This document shows positions 17,222 through 27,150 of a DNA stretch of 64,000 bases, one piece after another; the first letter of the stretch is position 1; each line of letters starts with the position of its first letter. Both the position numbers and the translations under genes were made by a program. A model generated the notes under the pieces. That model did not search any database. It had not been told where the DNA came from and was given only the letters and a program-made list of their open reading frames with translations. The stretch covers positions 130,844-194,843 of the forward strand of contig JBBSVN010000004.1 in assembly GCA_038046765.1 (NCBI GenBank), given 5' to 3'. This stretch comes from Candidatus Micrarchaeota archaeon. GTDB lineage: Archaea > Micrarchaeota > Micrarchaeia > Anstonellales > Bilamarchaeaceae.

Positions 17222-19075
17222 ATAAGTACAGTAAAAGCAATTGCAGACCCGGCTTTGATTCAAAGAAAAACAGGAAGACCCCCTGAAGAACATCCGACAA
17301 GTATAGTAGTTACTTTGGCTATTGAAGGCATAAGTGTAATTCCTAATTTAAAGACAGAGGATAAATTAAGAGTATTATTAGAAGAAGAATTAGCCTCAAA
17401 AGAATTTCAAAATGTTTTTACTCAAAACCAAAAAAGATTTGAAATTTTAGATCAGGAAATTAAAGATGGTAATAACGATAATGTTGCAGAGCACGGCCAG
17501 GTATTATCAGATAAACTAGATTTAGAAAGAACGATCGCATCCGCTTATGAAGATTTTAAAAAAAAGAAAGCAAATATTTTACCAAAAATAGAATCTCTTC
17601 TAGAATGTGCTAGAAAAATAGAACATAAGGACAGTGTAGAAATCATTTATGATTTGGAATTTTTGGAAAAAAACTTAGATGGAACAATAAAAGATTTGGA
17701 AGAAGAACTAGATGGTATTGAAAAAAGGCTAGCTAGTTTAGCGTGCATTGACCAAGAACCAGCAGTAGAACCATGTGCCAAAGACAGCTTAAGTTTTATG
17801 CGAGATATGAGTGTATTTCCATTAGTCAAAGAAGCTAGAGAAAAGCTCTTTGGTCTTATTACAGAAAAACCAGAGTTAGAGGAAGATATAGAAACAATTG
17901 ATAGAGAAATTACAAAAGACTTTTCAAAAGTAGAAGCAATCAAATTATTATCACGAAATTCTAAAAGAGAACACAAAAATGGTCACCTAACTGCAGAGAA
18001 CTGGCAAAATTTATTAATTGTAAAACAAGTTTTTGAGAATTTTATTAAGAAAAATCCAGACCATTATTTAGTTCAAGAATGTAAGGAATGTTTGGAGCTT
18101 AAACCATTTAGAGAAGCTGAAGATAAACTTAAAGAAGAAATAAATATGGTAATAGGGGAAATAGGACGATTAGCAACCCAAAGCCAGTACAGCTTATTTT
18201 TTCAAAAACAAAAAACAAAAGTAGTAGAAGAAGGAATAAGATTAGATGGCCCCACGAAAAGTTACATTGTAGCTTTAGTTAAACTTTACTTTGAATTTAC
18301 ACCTGCAGGAGTATATACGAGCAAAGTTTTAGAAAAACTTTCCAGTTTAGAAAAAATAGGAGGGTTATTAGATAAATTTAATGTAGAAGAACAGATAAGT
18401 CAACAATTTTACGAAAGACAAAAACAAAGACTTGCGAAGGGAATTATGGTAGTACAAACGGCAAATAAACCGATTGTAGAAGCGAATAAACTTGAACTCG
18501 AATTCAAAACGCTTTGTGAGAGTATTGAACTAATCTGGCAAAAAATATCTAATTTTAAAGTAAGTTTTAGAAGTTTTCAAAACAATGGAATTTTATCAGA
18601 ACAGGCATACCAGATAGTAGTAGCTTCAATTAAAAGGATGGAAATTTTAACAAAGCAGGATAAAATGGAGGAAAGAGAAGTAGTAATGGCTAGCTTAGAT
18701 ACTAATTTAACTGACTTGAAAGAAAAAGAAACAACATTTATCCAGTTAAGAAAAAGTTTGGATTACGTTTTAACAAAAGGGGAAGAACCCGGTTTGTTGC
18801 AAGGAATTTTAAAAATAACAGAAGTTGCAGATGCATACGAGGATGAAGCGATATCAATAATCGTCCAAAAAGTTGATGCAATACTAGACCGTAAATCAAA
18901 AATACCTAAACCATCTTCTAGGGCAATTTCAGAAACACTGCAAAAATTTATTGAAAATAGAAAACGTAGCAGATTTACAAATGATGAACTATATTTGCAG
19001 GCAAAAAGAACATTAGATAGAATTTTGAAAGAAAGGAACGACGGTTTCTGGAGTATTTTTAGAAGATCAGAATAA
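17222..19075 (+). CDS. coiled-coil hypothetical protein (probable ATA start at 17222; first TTG at 17255)
   Basis: Long Glu/Lys-rich helical ORF; GGTGA at 17213-17217 is followed 4 nt later by an in-frame ATA. Confidence 0.75.
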   Translation: MSTVKAIADPALIQRKTGRPPEEHPTSIVVTLAIEGISVIPNLKTEDKLRVLLEEELASKEFQNVFTQNQKRFEILDQEIKDGNNDNVAEHGQVLSDKLDLERTIASAYEDFKKKKANILPKIESLLECARKIEHKDSVEIIYDLEFLEKNLDGTIKDLEEELDGIEKRLASLACIDQEPAVEPCAKDSLSFMRDMSVFPLVKEAREKLFGLITEKPELEEDIETIDREITKDFSKVEAIKLLSRNSKREHKNGHLTAENWQNLLIVKQVFENFIKKNPDHYLVQECKECLELKPFREAEDKLKEEINMVIGEIGRLATQSQYSLFFQKQKTKVVEEGIRLDGPTKSYIVALVKLYFEFTPAGVYTSKVLEKLSSLEKIGGLLDKFNVEEQISQQFYERQKQRLAKGIMVVQTANKPIVEANKLELEFKTLCESIELIWQKISNFKVSFRSFQNNGILSEQAYQIVVASIKRMEILTKQDKMEEREVVMASLDTNLTDLKEKETTFIQLRKSLDYVLTKGEEPGLLQGILKITEVADAYEDEAISIIVQKVDAILDRKSKIPKPSSRAISETLQKFIENRKRSRFTNDELYLQAKRTLDRILKERNDGFWSIFRRSE

Positions 19076-19160
19076 CAAAGCACAAATAAACCTAAATACA
19101 AACATTTATATAGGGTTTTACACAAATATACATTTAAAGTAATATTTATGGTGATTCATC

Positions 19161-22100
19161 ATGATAATAACAACTAATGACAGAGATACAACTGCATTTT
19201 CTAGAAAAGACGCAAAAAACAGGAAGACACAATCAGATGAAATTATAAAAAAATTACAGCTGCTTAAAAAAGAAGAGGTAATTGATGATGCACAGGCAGA
19301 AAAATTCATAGAACAATTGCTAGGGAACGTAGATACAAGAACAGCGTTGCCAGGAGATTTATTTAAACCTAAGGCTTTTAGAACTGCAGAGGAAGTAGAA
19401 GAGCACATTGAAAAACTGGAAGAAGGGCATACTTCGTATAGAAAAACAATTGAAAAACTTGACGAAACAATACGAGCAGTAGATAGTTGTATATCTAGCC
19501 TAGTATACGCGGGAATTACAGATAGGTTAGTCGAAATAAAAGAACAAGCAGAACAGATAAGAAAAGATTCAAGCTTTTACTTTGAAAAATGGATACTAAA
19601 CGGAGTAAAAATATGGGATGGACTATATGGAACTTCTGTAGAGGAATTGCATGAAGTAGAAAAGAGGATAACAAAAAAGTTCGCAAGCTTAGAAGAGGCA
19701 CTTAAAAATACAGTAATTCGTGCAAAGAGATTGCAGGACATAGACGTAAGTAGGGGGGAAATTAATCAGTGTATGATAAATATGCAGATAAGTATTCAGG
19801 CATACGCTGAAGAATCTGAGAATTTAAGTGACAGACTAGAAAAACTGAAAAAAGAAGCAGAAGAAAAAGAAGAAGAAAAAAGAAAAATGGTGGCGACACG
19901 CTATGAGGAAATGGCCGCACAATATATTGAATCAGAAGAAACAAAATTAAGAGCAGGTGCAGGAACATTAACACTTGGAACAATTGAACAGATAAAAAAG
20001 GCAGCAGCTTTAGCAAGACTTTTTTATGCACAAGGATATTATGATAATGCACTGCAAACACTTTCCCAGGTACAAATAGTAGGGCGACGAAATGAACGAA
20101 GAAAACAGATCGAAACAGTACAAGACGCAATAGGAAGCTGGATGACTTCACCTGGAGATGAAAACCTCAAGGAAAACGCAGCAAAGTTACTTAATGAAAA
20201 TGCTTATGCAGAACAGGCAATTGTAGAGATGGCATTTAACAGGGACTTTGAACTAGCGACACCAGTAATAAGAGCAACTATGGTCGATGTTTTAAGAAGT
20301 TATATTGAAGAAGAAAAAGGAAGAACAGATAAATTTTACAATTTAGTAAGATATGTACTAAGAACTTATCTTGGGGACACATTTGAAAGAGTAAGTTTCT
20401 TGAGCGAAACGCCTTCAAGCATAAGCGAACCATCTTCACGAGTAGCACATCCTCTTACTAGGATTCAAAGGGAAGCGTTCGAAAGAAGAGTTGCGCAAAG
20501 AATAGCACAAGAGAGTATTAGCGCAAGAACACCCCCACCAATTCCTGAAAATGCAAAGGCAGTAGCAGAAATAAAACTAACAGAAGCAGATATTCAAGAC
20601 ATTACAGATGAACAAAGAGAACTAAGTGAAAGGATTGTCAGACTAACAAGCCTAGCAGAAATGTCCCCAGAAGGACGAGATAAGGAATTCGTATTTCAAA
20701 TGATTGAAGAGGCAAGGCAATTAAGAGATGTAGAAGATGTGCATGCCACAGTAATTTTAGATTGGGTAGAACAAAGAGTAAACCAGGAATCAAGAGAACA
20801 AGTAACCGTAGCTGCCGCTTTAGAACCCGCTGTTGCAGCAGATCCTTCTGTTGAATCAGTTCGCGCTCCAGTTGAAGTAGCAGAACCAGCCGCATCAGTT
20901 AGCGCATCAGCTCCAGCAACAGAACCAGTAGTCCAAGCGTTAGTACAACCTTTGGCACTTGCTCCGGCAGCAGTTGTTGAACCTCCGAAAGTTACAGACG
21001 AATTAGATTTTGAAGTAACTTGGGAAGATACTCCAGACGCAGCACCTGTAAGAAGAGAAGGTACACTCATTGGTTTTACTCCAGTTCCTAGAATAACCGT
21101 AGCACCTGCACCAGATGAAACACGAACAGCCTTAGAAACAAGCAGAGCATTAGGTTTAGCAGTTATGCCTTCACCAGGTACTCTTTTAGCGCAAGTACGA
21201 GCAGCAGCGACACCATTAGATTTAAGAGCAGAAGAAGTAACTCGAAGAGTAATTGATTTTGCACAAGAAACTACGCAAGCATTAGAAAGACGAGAAGAAC
21301 CTAGACCAATAGTTGATATCACAGATTTAGGCATAACACTTCCGTTAGATGTAGAATCAGGCAGACGTACACCGGCACGAACAACACGCGATTTATTAGC
21401 ACCGGCTCCAGAACCTAGCGAAAGGGAACCTGAATTAGATCTATCAGAATTTGCGTTTGAAGAACCTCGAGCTGTTCGAATAATAGCACGACCGCCACCA
21501 ATCCCATCAGAAACAGAAGGAAAAATATCAGAAAATCCAAATTATATTTGGAGTACTGAAGGTAGACGAGTTGGTTTAAGAAGACTACAAGCTTTATCAA
21601 AAAACGACACTGCAGTAGAGCACATTGTAGGTTATTATGATGGGGGAACAAAGGAAAGTGAATTAGCATCAATACCTGCAGTAGACCAAAACAGAATTTG
21701 GGAGTTTTATAGAAACGTACTATTCGATTTTGAAGTAATAACACTTAACGCAATGAATAAAAGAGAAAAAAATGAACCTATCAAAAGATACATCGATTGT
21801 CTTAAAATGCCAATTTTCGCTCGGGCAAGAGATGAGTTTAAAGCGCATGTTGAAGGTTACAAAACTGGTTTCACACAACTTTTAAACAACGAAATTTTAG
21901 ATAGAGGAGCGTACGCAAATGAAGTAGGGTACTTCGAATCTGAATTAATTGCGCTAATTAATCATAGCAGATTCTATGAAGCAATACACACATTTGAAAA
22001 TGAAATTGCACCAAAACTAGATAGAGTTACCGAACTTGCAGATAGGCAAAAGAGATTGAAGGATACGATTACGGGAATGTATTTACTAAGTGTAAAAGAA

Positions 22101-24248
22101 AAAGGAGATTTATTACGAGAATATGGTGTAACTGCTAATCATTTAAAAGAAAATAGACTATCCTTTGCAGATGGAATGACTAATGAACTTGAAGGAGCAA
22201 TTAATAGAGCAATAGCAAAATGTGATATAAAGAAAAAACTTAGAGCGGAATTAAAACTTGTAGAGTTAGAACTTGCACCTGTCAGAAGAAGTGAAACTGC
22301 AAAACGAATTATTAAAGATAACACCGCGAATAATCCTGTTTTAACATGCCAAATATTAGTTGAAGAAGTAGAGGCAACGGATGGAGCATTTGGAGAAACT
22401 GCCCCACATAGAGCTAAAATTATTGCAAGAGACGCATTAGTAGATATTTCAAAAGTAGCAGTAATTAGAGCGGAACGAGAACTATTTAGTAGATGCATAG
22501 CAGCAGCAAGAAAATGCGGTGCACCAGCATTCACTGGATGGACAAGACTTGGACCAAGGATTGCAGAAGCATGGATAAGCCGCATGGCTAAAGCAGCAGC
22601 AGATGTTTTATCAGAGGATAGACCAACAGTTAAACTCCAAAAGGCTGGACAGGTACAGGTATCAACAGTAGCAGGACAAATTTTGGGAATAGAAACTTTC
22701 GAACTCTTAAAAAATCTTGGAAGTAGATATGATGCACAATCAGACTTAGTTGTAGATTTTGTAGCTAGATCATCCCAGATAGAACCTTCAATAGAAAGAT
22801 TACAAGAACAGATAAAATGGTCTAGAGCTGAATTTGATAACAAGGCAAAATCAGAAGATATTGAAAATGCACTCGCGCTTGGAGCAATTTGCAAGTTATA
22901 TATGCAAAATGCAAAAGATAAAAGTAGTGAAACTTATAGAAAAGCAGAATCTTTTGTAGATGGAAAAGTATTCAAAAATGCATTTGATTTAATAAGAAGA
23001 AGAATAACTGCAGCAGCCACATCTCTTGATCAGTTAGAGAATGTAGAAATATTTAGACTTAGTGATGATGTCCACAGTGAGTTTATAGATAGATTAAAGA
23101 TTGCAGATGAAATGCTTAAAGGAGAACGGAGTGCAGAAGCAGTTAGATACATTGAAGAAAAACTAACAACTCCGGCAAAGCAATTGCATGAGTGTGTAAC
23201 ACGAATTAACGAGCTAAATACGAATATAGGAATTTGTGAAAGAAGCGTTATTCTGGGGGGAAATGAAAGCACAACCGAAACAAAGGAAGTATATGCCAGG
23301 TTTGCCAAACATGCAATAGAAAAAGACATGAAAGAAACAATTGAATTGATTGAAGCTGGAAAAATCAAAGAAGCAATTGGTAAATTAGAAAATTTAGAAG
23401 AAAAAATTTCTACGATTTATGAGGATGCAATAACTCAGGCGATAGAACTTTTAGCTACTGATGAATCAAAAAAGATAAAGAAAGCCCGTGAATACCTAGC
23501 GCTTTGTTATCAAGAAAACCCGCACGAAACAGCGAGCACACTTCTTGATGTACTTTCAAATTGGAAGGATTTAACTAAAATAAGCGGAGAAGGTAGAGAA
23601 GAACTTTTACATATCTTGAATGTGCTACAAGGATGGTACAGTTCAATGGAAGAGGTTGAATTAGCACAAGGAACAACAGAGATTATTGCAAAGATGACAC
23701 TGGAAACAGAAAAAAATGAAGAAGAACTAGAAGCAGAAACAAAAATAACTGCACCAGTAACCAAAGCAGATGTAATTCCAAAGGATGGGAAAGAAGAAAC
23801 CCCTGAACTAAATGGATTCAAAGCGCGAGCACTCAAATTTTATGTAGAAGCAGAACAAAGATTAGCTAAAGTATTAGCCATATTACCTAAAAGAGATACT
23901 GCCACTGCAGAAGCAGAACTGGATAAAAGAGCAGACAGGGTACAATTAGACCAAAATCCAACAAACGGAACTGTTAGAAACATGAGAGTAGATCGTATTT
24001 TCGAGGAATCCGAAAGAATAATAGTTAAACCAGATCCAGAACCCGCAGATATTGCAAAGGAATTGGAAACACTGGAAACAGAAGGAGAAATAAATGACCT
24101 GGCAAAAGATGAACGAGGATTCCTAAATCCAGAAATGATTGAAGAAGCACGAAGACTAACAAGGTCTGGAAAAATTCTAGAGGCAAGAGCAGCCATGGCA
24201 AAGATAAGAGAAATTCCAACTGGACTTGAAATGGAGGAGGAAACCTAG
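19161..24248 (+). CDS. 1695-aa helical/coiled-coil protein with a central Pro/Ala-rich disordered region
   Basis: Uninterrupted ORF, GGTGA SD, no recognisable catalytic motif. Confidence 0.85.
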   Translation: MIITTNDRDTTAFSRKDAKNRKTQSDEIIKKLQLLKKEEVIDDAQAEKFIEQLLGNVDTRTALPGDLFKPKAFRTAEEVEEHIEKLEEGHTSYRKTIEKLDETIRAVDSCISSLVYAGITDRLVEIKEQAEQIRKDSSFYFEKWILNGVKIWDGLYGTSVEELHEVEKRITKKFASLEEALKNTVIRAKRLQDIDVSRGEINQCMINMQISIQAYAEESENLSDRLEKLKKEAEEKEEEKRKMVATRYEEMAAQYIESEETKLRAGAGTLTLGTIEQIKKAAALARLFYAQGYYDNALQTLSQVQIVGRRNERRKQIETVQDAIGSWMTSPGDENLKENAAKLLNENAYAEQAIVEMAFNRDFELATPVIRATMVDVLRSYIEEEKGRTDKFYNLVRYVLRTYLGDTFERVSFLSETPSSISEPSSRVAHPLTRIQREAFERRVAQRIAQESISARTPPPIPENAKAVAEIKLTEADIQDITDEQRELSERIVRLTSLAEMSPEGRDKEFVFQMIEEARQLRDVEDVHATVILDWVEQRVNQESREQVTVAAALEPAVAADPSVESVRAPVEVAEPAASVSASAPATEPVVQALVQPLALAPAAVVEPPKVTDELDFEVTWEDTPDAAPVRREGTLIGFTPVPRITVAPAPDETRTALETSRALGLAVMPSPGTLLAQVRAAATPLDLRAEEVTRRVIDFAQETTQALERREEPRPIVDITDLGITLPLDVESGRRTPARTTRDLLAPAPEPSEREPELDLSEFAFEEPRAVRIIARPPPIPSETEGKISENPNYIWSTEGRRVGLRRLQALSKNDTAVEHIVGYYDGGTKESELASIPAVDQNRIWEFYRNVLFDFEVITLNAMNKREKNEPIKRYIDCLKMPIFARARDEFKAHVEGYKTGFTQLLNNEILDRGAYANEVGYFESELIALINHSRFYEAIHTFENEIAPKLDRVTELADRQKRLKDTITGMYLLSVKEKGDLLREYGVTANHLKENRLSFADGMTNELEGAINRAIAKCDIKKKLRAELKLVELELAPVRRSETAKRIIKDNTANNPVLTCQILVEEVEATDGAFGETAPHRAKIIARDALVDISKVAVIRAERELFSRCIAAARKCGAPAFTGWTRLGPRIAEAWISRMAKAAADVLSEDRPTVKLQKAGQVQVSTVAGQILGIETFELLKNLGSRYDAQSDLVVDFVARSSQIEPSIERLQEQIKWSRAEFDNKAKSEDIENALALGAICKLYMQNAKDKSSETYRKAESFVDGKVFKNAFDLIRRRITAAATSLDQLENVEIFRLSDDVHSEFIDRLKIADEMLKGERSAEAVRYIEEKLTTPAKQLHECVTRINELNTNIGICERSVILGGNESTTETKEVYARFAKHAIEKDMKETIELIEAGKIKEAIGKLENLEEKISTIYEDAITQAIELLATDESKKIKKAREYLALCYQENPHETASTLLDVLSNWKDLTKISGEGREELLHILNVLQGWYSSMEEVELAQGTTEIIAKMTLETEKNEEELEAETKITAPVTKADVIPKDGKEETPELNGFKARALKFYVEAEQRLAKVLAILPKRDTATAEAELDKRADRVQLDQNPTNGTVRNMRVDRIFEESERIIVKPDPEPADIAKELETLETEGEINDLAKDERGFLNPEMIEEARRLTRSGKILEARAAMAKIREIPTGLEMEEET

Positions 24249-24267
24249 TTATTTTGGGGTAGTAAAT

Positions 24268-26664
24268 ATGCTAACAAGAATGCTAACTAAAGGAAAACCA
24301 CGACAAACTTTTACAAGCGTAGTTTCCGGATTAGCTAATGCAAATATTTTAGACTCTACAACTAATTTAGTACAAGTAAAGAGTAGAATAAATGAAGAAT
24401 ATATGTTTCTAAGCAGGAGTACAATAATTAAAGAGCTAGAAACCAAATATGAAAAACTAAGAAAATTACTTGAATTAGCAAGAAAAAAAGAAGAAACCCC
24501 AAGTGAGAAAAAAGAAATAGGAGGAATGCAACTTATTGAGCAAATAAGAGATGAAAAAAGAAAAAGAGTAGAAATTTTGGAAGGCAAATTAACTTTAATT
24601 AAGCAACCATATCAAATTGCCAGAAATCAAAAAGAAGAAACGACCAACCATCCAATGACCCAGATACTATATCGGGCAATAGCAGAATTAGATTGTGTAT
24701 GTGAAGATGCAGAAAAAAGCAGAACTAAATTTTTTGAAAGGCTGGGAACTCTTTACAGACTAATAAAAGATGTTGACGACAAATATGTAGAGTATATTGG
24801 AAACGGGATAAATCACAACACCAAAAGCAGAGAAATAGAAAGTGAATTTGATACTTTGCTCTCAGAATTACTTGAAAAAAAGTTTATAAATTTGGAACAG
24901 AAACAGAACGCGATGGGAGAAATAAAACAATTCGCAGCAGTTCTTGAATTTTGCACTTATTTTGACCACGCATTGTTTAACAAGATACGAAATAAAATGC
25001 AAAAAGAAATAGAAGGCAGAAGAAAAGGCATAGCACAGATAAATAAGCCTATAAGAACAGAAGATAGCGTTGCTGAATTTTTACCAAAAGCGGAAATTAA
25101 AAAAAGTGAAACTGAAGATAAAGGCAATGAAAAAAACAAAACAATAGAGAATAATGAAGATGGTGCAACAGTATTTGATTTATTAAGTAAGTTACTAGGT
25201 ACAAGAGAAAGCGAAGGTCTGCATTTAGGTATATTGGAACGTGAGAAGGAGGAAAAACTTGAATATTCTTGGCTTGGTAAAACCAAGAAATTATTATCTG
25301 GATTAATTAAAAAAGGATTTAGAATATTAATAGCCAGAATACCAGAATTTCGAAAAGGAGCGACATTTCTTATAATCGATGTAAATGATGAATTTGATAA
25401 GACAAAATTATCCCACATCACACCTAAAGTGAAACCATTTGTCTTAATCGCAAGTATAATTAGGAGAGAGCACGAGAATTACGACGATATTGAAGAGGAG
25501 GTATTTCATTTAAAAACTTCAGAAATTTTCTTTAAGAAAGATTTAGGACTAGATATAGAAAAAATGATTTTAAAACTAGGTTCTTCAAGAGCCCTTGCTC
25601 AGTCGATTGTTGACATGTTCAAAAATCAGTACGCACTAAATTACAAGGAACTTTTTTTATTAAGACAGATTTTAGATAGTTATAGAAATAGCATAAAGAA
25701 CAGAGACTTAAATCAGAAAGAAATAGCTACACGTGGTGAAGTCCTAGAACTTTTAGAATCTGCAATTTTTGACAATGCACACATGGAATTTATAAGAAAA
25801 TACGACGAACAAAATGAAGTATGTTTAGAACTTTACCAAAGAGGAACAATCTGCGAGCAAAAATTCTTAGACCAGGACGAAAAATTGAGAACTGTCAACA
25901 GATTATTTGACAATGGAAAATATGTACAGGCAGTAATTATGCTAGAAGAAATTGAAATTGAATTGAAACAAATAAAAATAGTTGAAGAAAAACTTGCAGA
26001 CAATTTAATAAAACTAGAATCAAAAGTAAGGTTTTCAACTAAGCAAGATGAGAATAATAAGTTAATTAGAATTTTAGCTGATGCAGAGGAAGATTTATAC
26101 GAAGAAAGATTAAACAGTGCACTAGAAATAATTGCAGAAGTAGAAGAGATGTCTTTCGACAGTATATATATGGATGCAAAATCACCTCAAACGCAAGTAC
26201 TTGGAGGCCGAAGCATTGTTGATATCGATCCGTTAGTTTATGTAGAAAAAGCCCTAGAAGAAAGACAAAATTCTTTTGCAAAAAACACAGTAGATACAAT
26301 TTATGATGTGCTATCTGAACTTACCGAATCGGAATTTTATTGTAAAAGAATGCTTAGAGCTTACAATCAAAGCAGTAGATTAAGTGACAGAGAGAAATTT
26401 GTTATTTTGGCATTTTCTAAAGTTTATATAGACAATAATAAAGATAAGACAATATCTGGATCAGCAGTAGATACATTTGGACAATTTAAGGGAATTATAG
26501 ATAATAAAAATCTTAAGGGTTGGTTAGGCCATAACCTTTATATGAAGCTTATTGAAAGAAAAAAAGCAGCAGGAGACGAGCTTGCAGGACTAAGCGTTTT
26601 TGATTCAAACGAAAATGATGTAGAAATTACTGCAAAAAGACTCGTTGAATGCGCGATAAACTAA
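24268..26664 (+). CDS. large helical hypothetical protein
   Basis: About 800-aa ORF; ATG at 24268 after GGGGT. Confidence 0.8.
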   Translation: MLTRMLTKGKPRQTFTSVVSGLANANILDSTTNLVQVKSRINEEYMFLSRSTIIKELETKYEKLRKLLELARKKEETPSEKKEIGGMQLIEQIRDEKRKRVEILEGKLTLIKQPYQIARNQKEETTNHPMTQILYRAIAELDCVCEDAEKSRTKFFERLGTLYRLIKDVDDKYVEYIGNGINHNTKSREIESEFDTLLSELLEKKFINLEQKQNAMGEIKQFAAVLEFCTYFDHALFNKIRNKMQKEIEGRRKGIAQINKPIRTEDSVAEFLPKAEIKKSETEDKGNEKNKTIENNEDGATVFDLLSKLLGTRESEGLHLGILEREKEEKLEYSWLGKTKKLLSGLIKKGFRILIARIPEFRKGATFLIIDVNDEFDKTKLSHITPKVKPFVLIASIIRREHENYDDIEEEVFHLKTSEIFFKKDLGLDIEKMILKLGSSRALAQSIVDMFKNQYALNYKELFLLRQILDSYRNSIKNRDLNQKEIATRGEVLELLESAIFDNAHMEFIRKYDEQNEVCLELYQRGTICEQKFLDQDEKLRTVNRLFDNGKYVQAVIMLEEIEIELKQIKIVEEKLADNLIKLESKVRFSTKQDENNKLIRILADAEEDLYEERLNSALEIIAEVEEMSFDSIYMDAKSPQTQVLGGRSIVDIDPLVYVEKALEERQNSFAKNTVDTIYDVLSELTESEFYCKRMLRAYNQSSRLSDREKFVILAFSKVYIDNNKDKTISGSAVDTFGQFKGIIDNKNLKGWLGHNLYMKLIERKKAAGDELAGLSVFDSNENDVEITAKRLVECAIN

Positions 26665-26682
26665 ATGATATTGGAGAATGAG

Positions 26683-26822
26683 AATAAAAATCCAGTGAAC
26701 TGCGGTTCTCTAGCCTTTATTTTTGCGAAAATAAAAATCCAGTGAACTGTATCGTTGTCGAGAAGCAGTTAAAGCTTCTCGAGCATGATCGTGAAGGGTG
26801 TTCCTCTTCACGACATCACGAT
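26683..26822. repeat. 20-bp direct repeat followed by a two-hairpin, three-way-junction element
   Basis: aataaaaatccagtgaactg at 26683-26702 and 26730-26749; hairpins tcgagaagc/gcttctcga and tcgtgaag/cttcacga closed by atcgt/acgat. Confidence 0.7.
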
Positions 26823-26849
26823 CTTTTTTACTTCTAATTAAGTAAAAAA

Positions 26850-27076
26850 TGGGGTCATAGGGAAAGTCAGTTTTCTGTTTTCAGTTCTATGTTTTGCCGT
26901 AAATTAGGCAAGACTCGAAACTCTGAACCCAAAACTCTTTTGAACCCCAACCAACTGATAGCCCGACTTTAGTGCGCATAATGATAAAACAATACGCGCT
27001 AGATCTGGAGCTTTGGCAATCGATTTTAATAATTAAAAAAGATTTCAGCCACGCTACCGAGTTACGCCATAACCCC
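26850..27076 (-). tRNA. tRNA-Trp(CCA) with three introns (30/31: 27045-27012; 37/38: 27004-26960; 59/60: 26938-26864)
   Basis: Removing 34+45+75 nt gives a 73-nt cloverleaf: GGGGTTA/TGACCCC acceptor stem, GCTGG-CTCCAGA-TCAGT anticodon arm, TGGGG-TTCAAAT-CCCTA T arm; intron 1 has TGGC/GCCA helix with 3-nt bulges. Confidence 0.9.
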
Positions 27077-27150
27077 ATTAGATTAACTAACCTAATTAGA
27101 CTAGCATTATACTAGTTATATCTTATATATAGGTAAAAATAGTTTAAAAG

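Noticed and set aside
20696..23836. Long antisense ORFs inside the 1695-aa gene, and similar ones elsewhere
   Set aside because: Shadow frames caused by codon bias; Ser/Phe/Leu-rich with no motifs
26683..26749. Mini CRISPR array
   Set aside because: Only two 20-bp copies with a 27-nt spacer, and no cas genes in the window
26864..27045. Box C/D guide RNA inside the tRNA-Trp introns, as in some Euryarchaeota
   Set aside because: CTGA occurs in intron 3, but no RTGATGA C box is visible in any intron
26887..27078. 63-aa ORF (and likewise 38682-38915)
   Set aside because: Both overlap intron-containing tRNA genes
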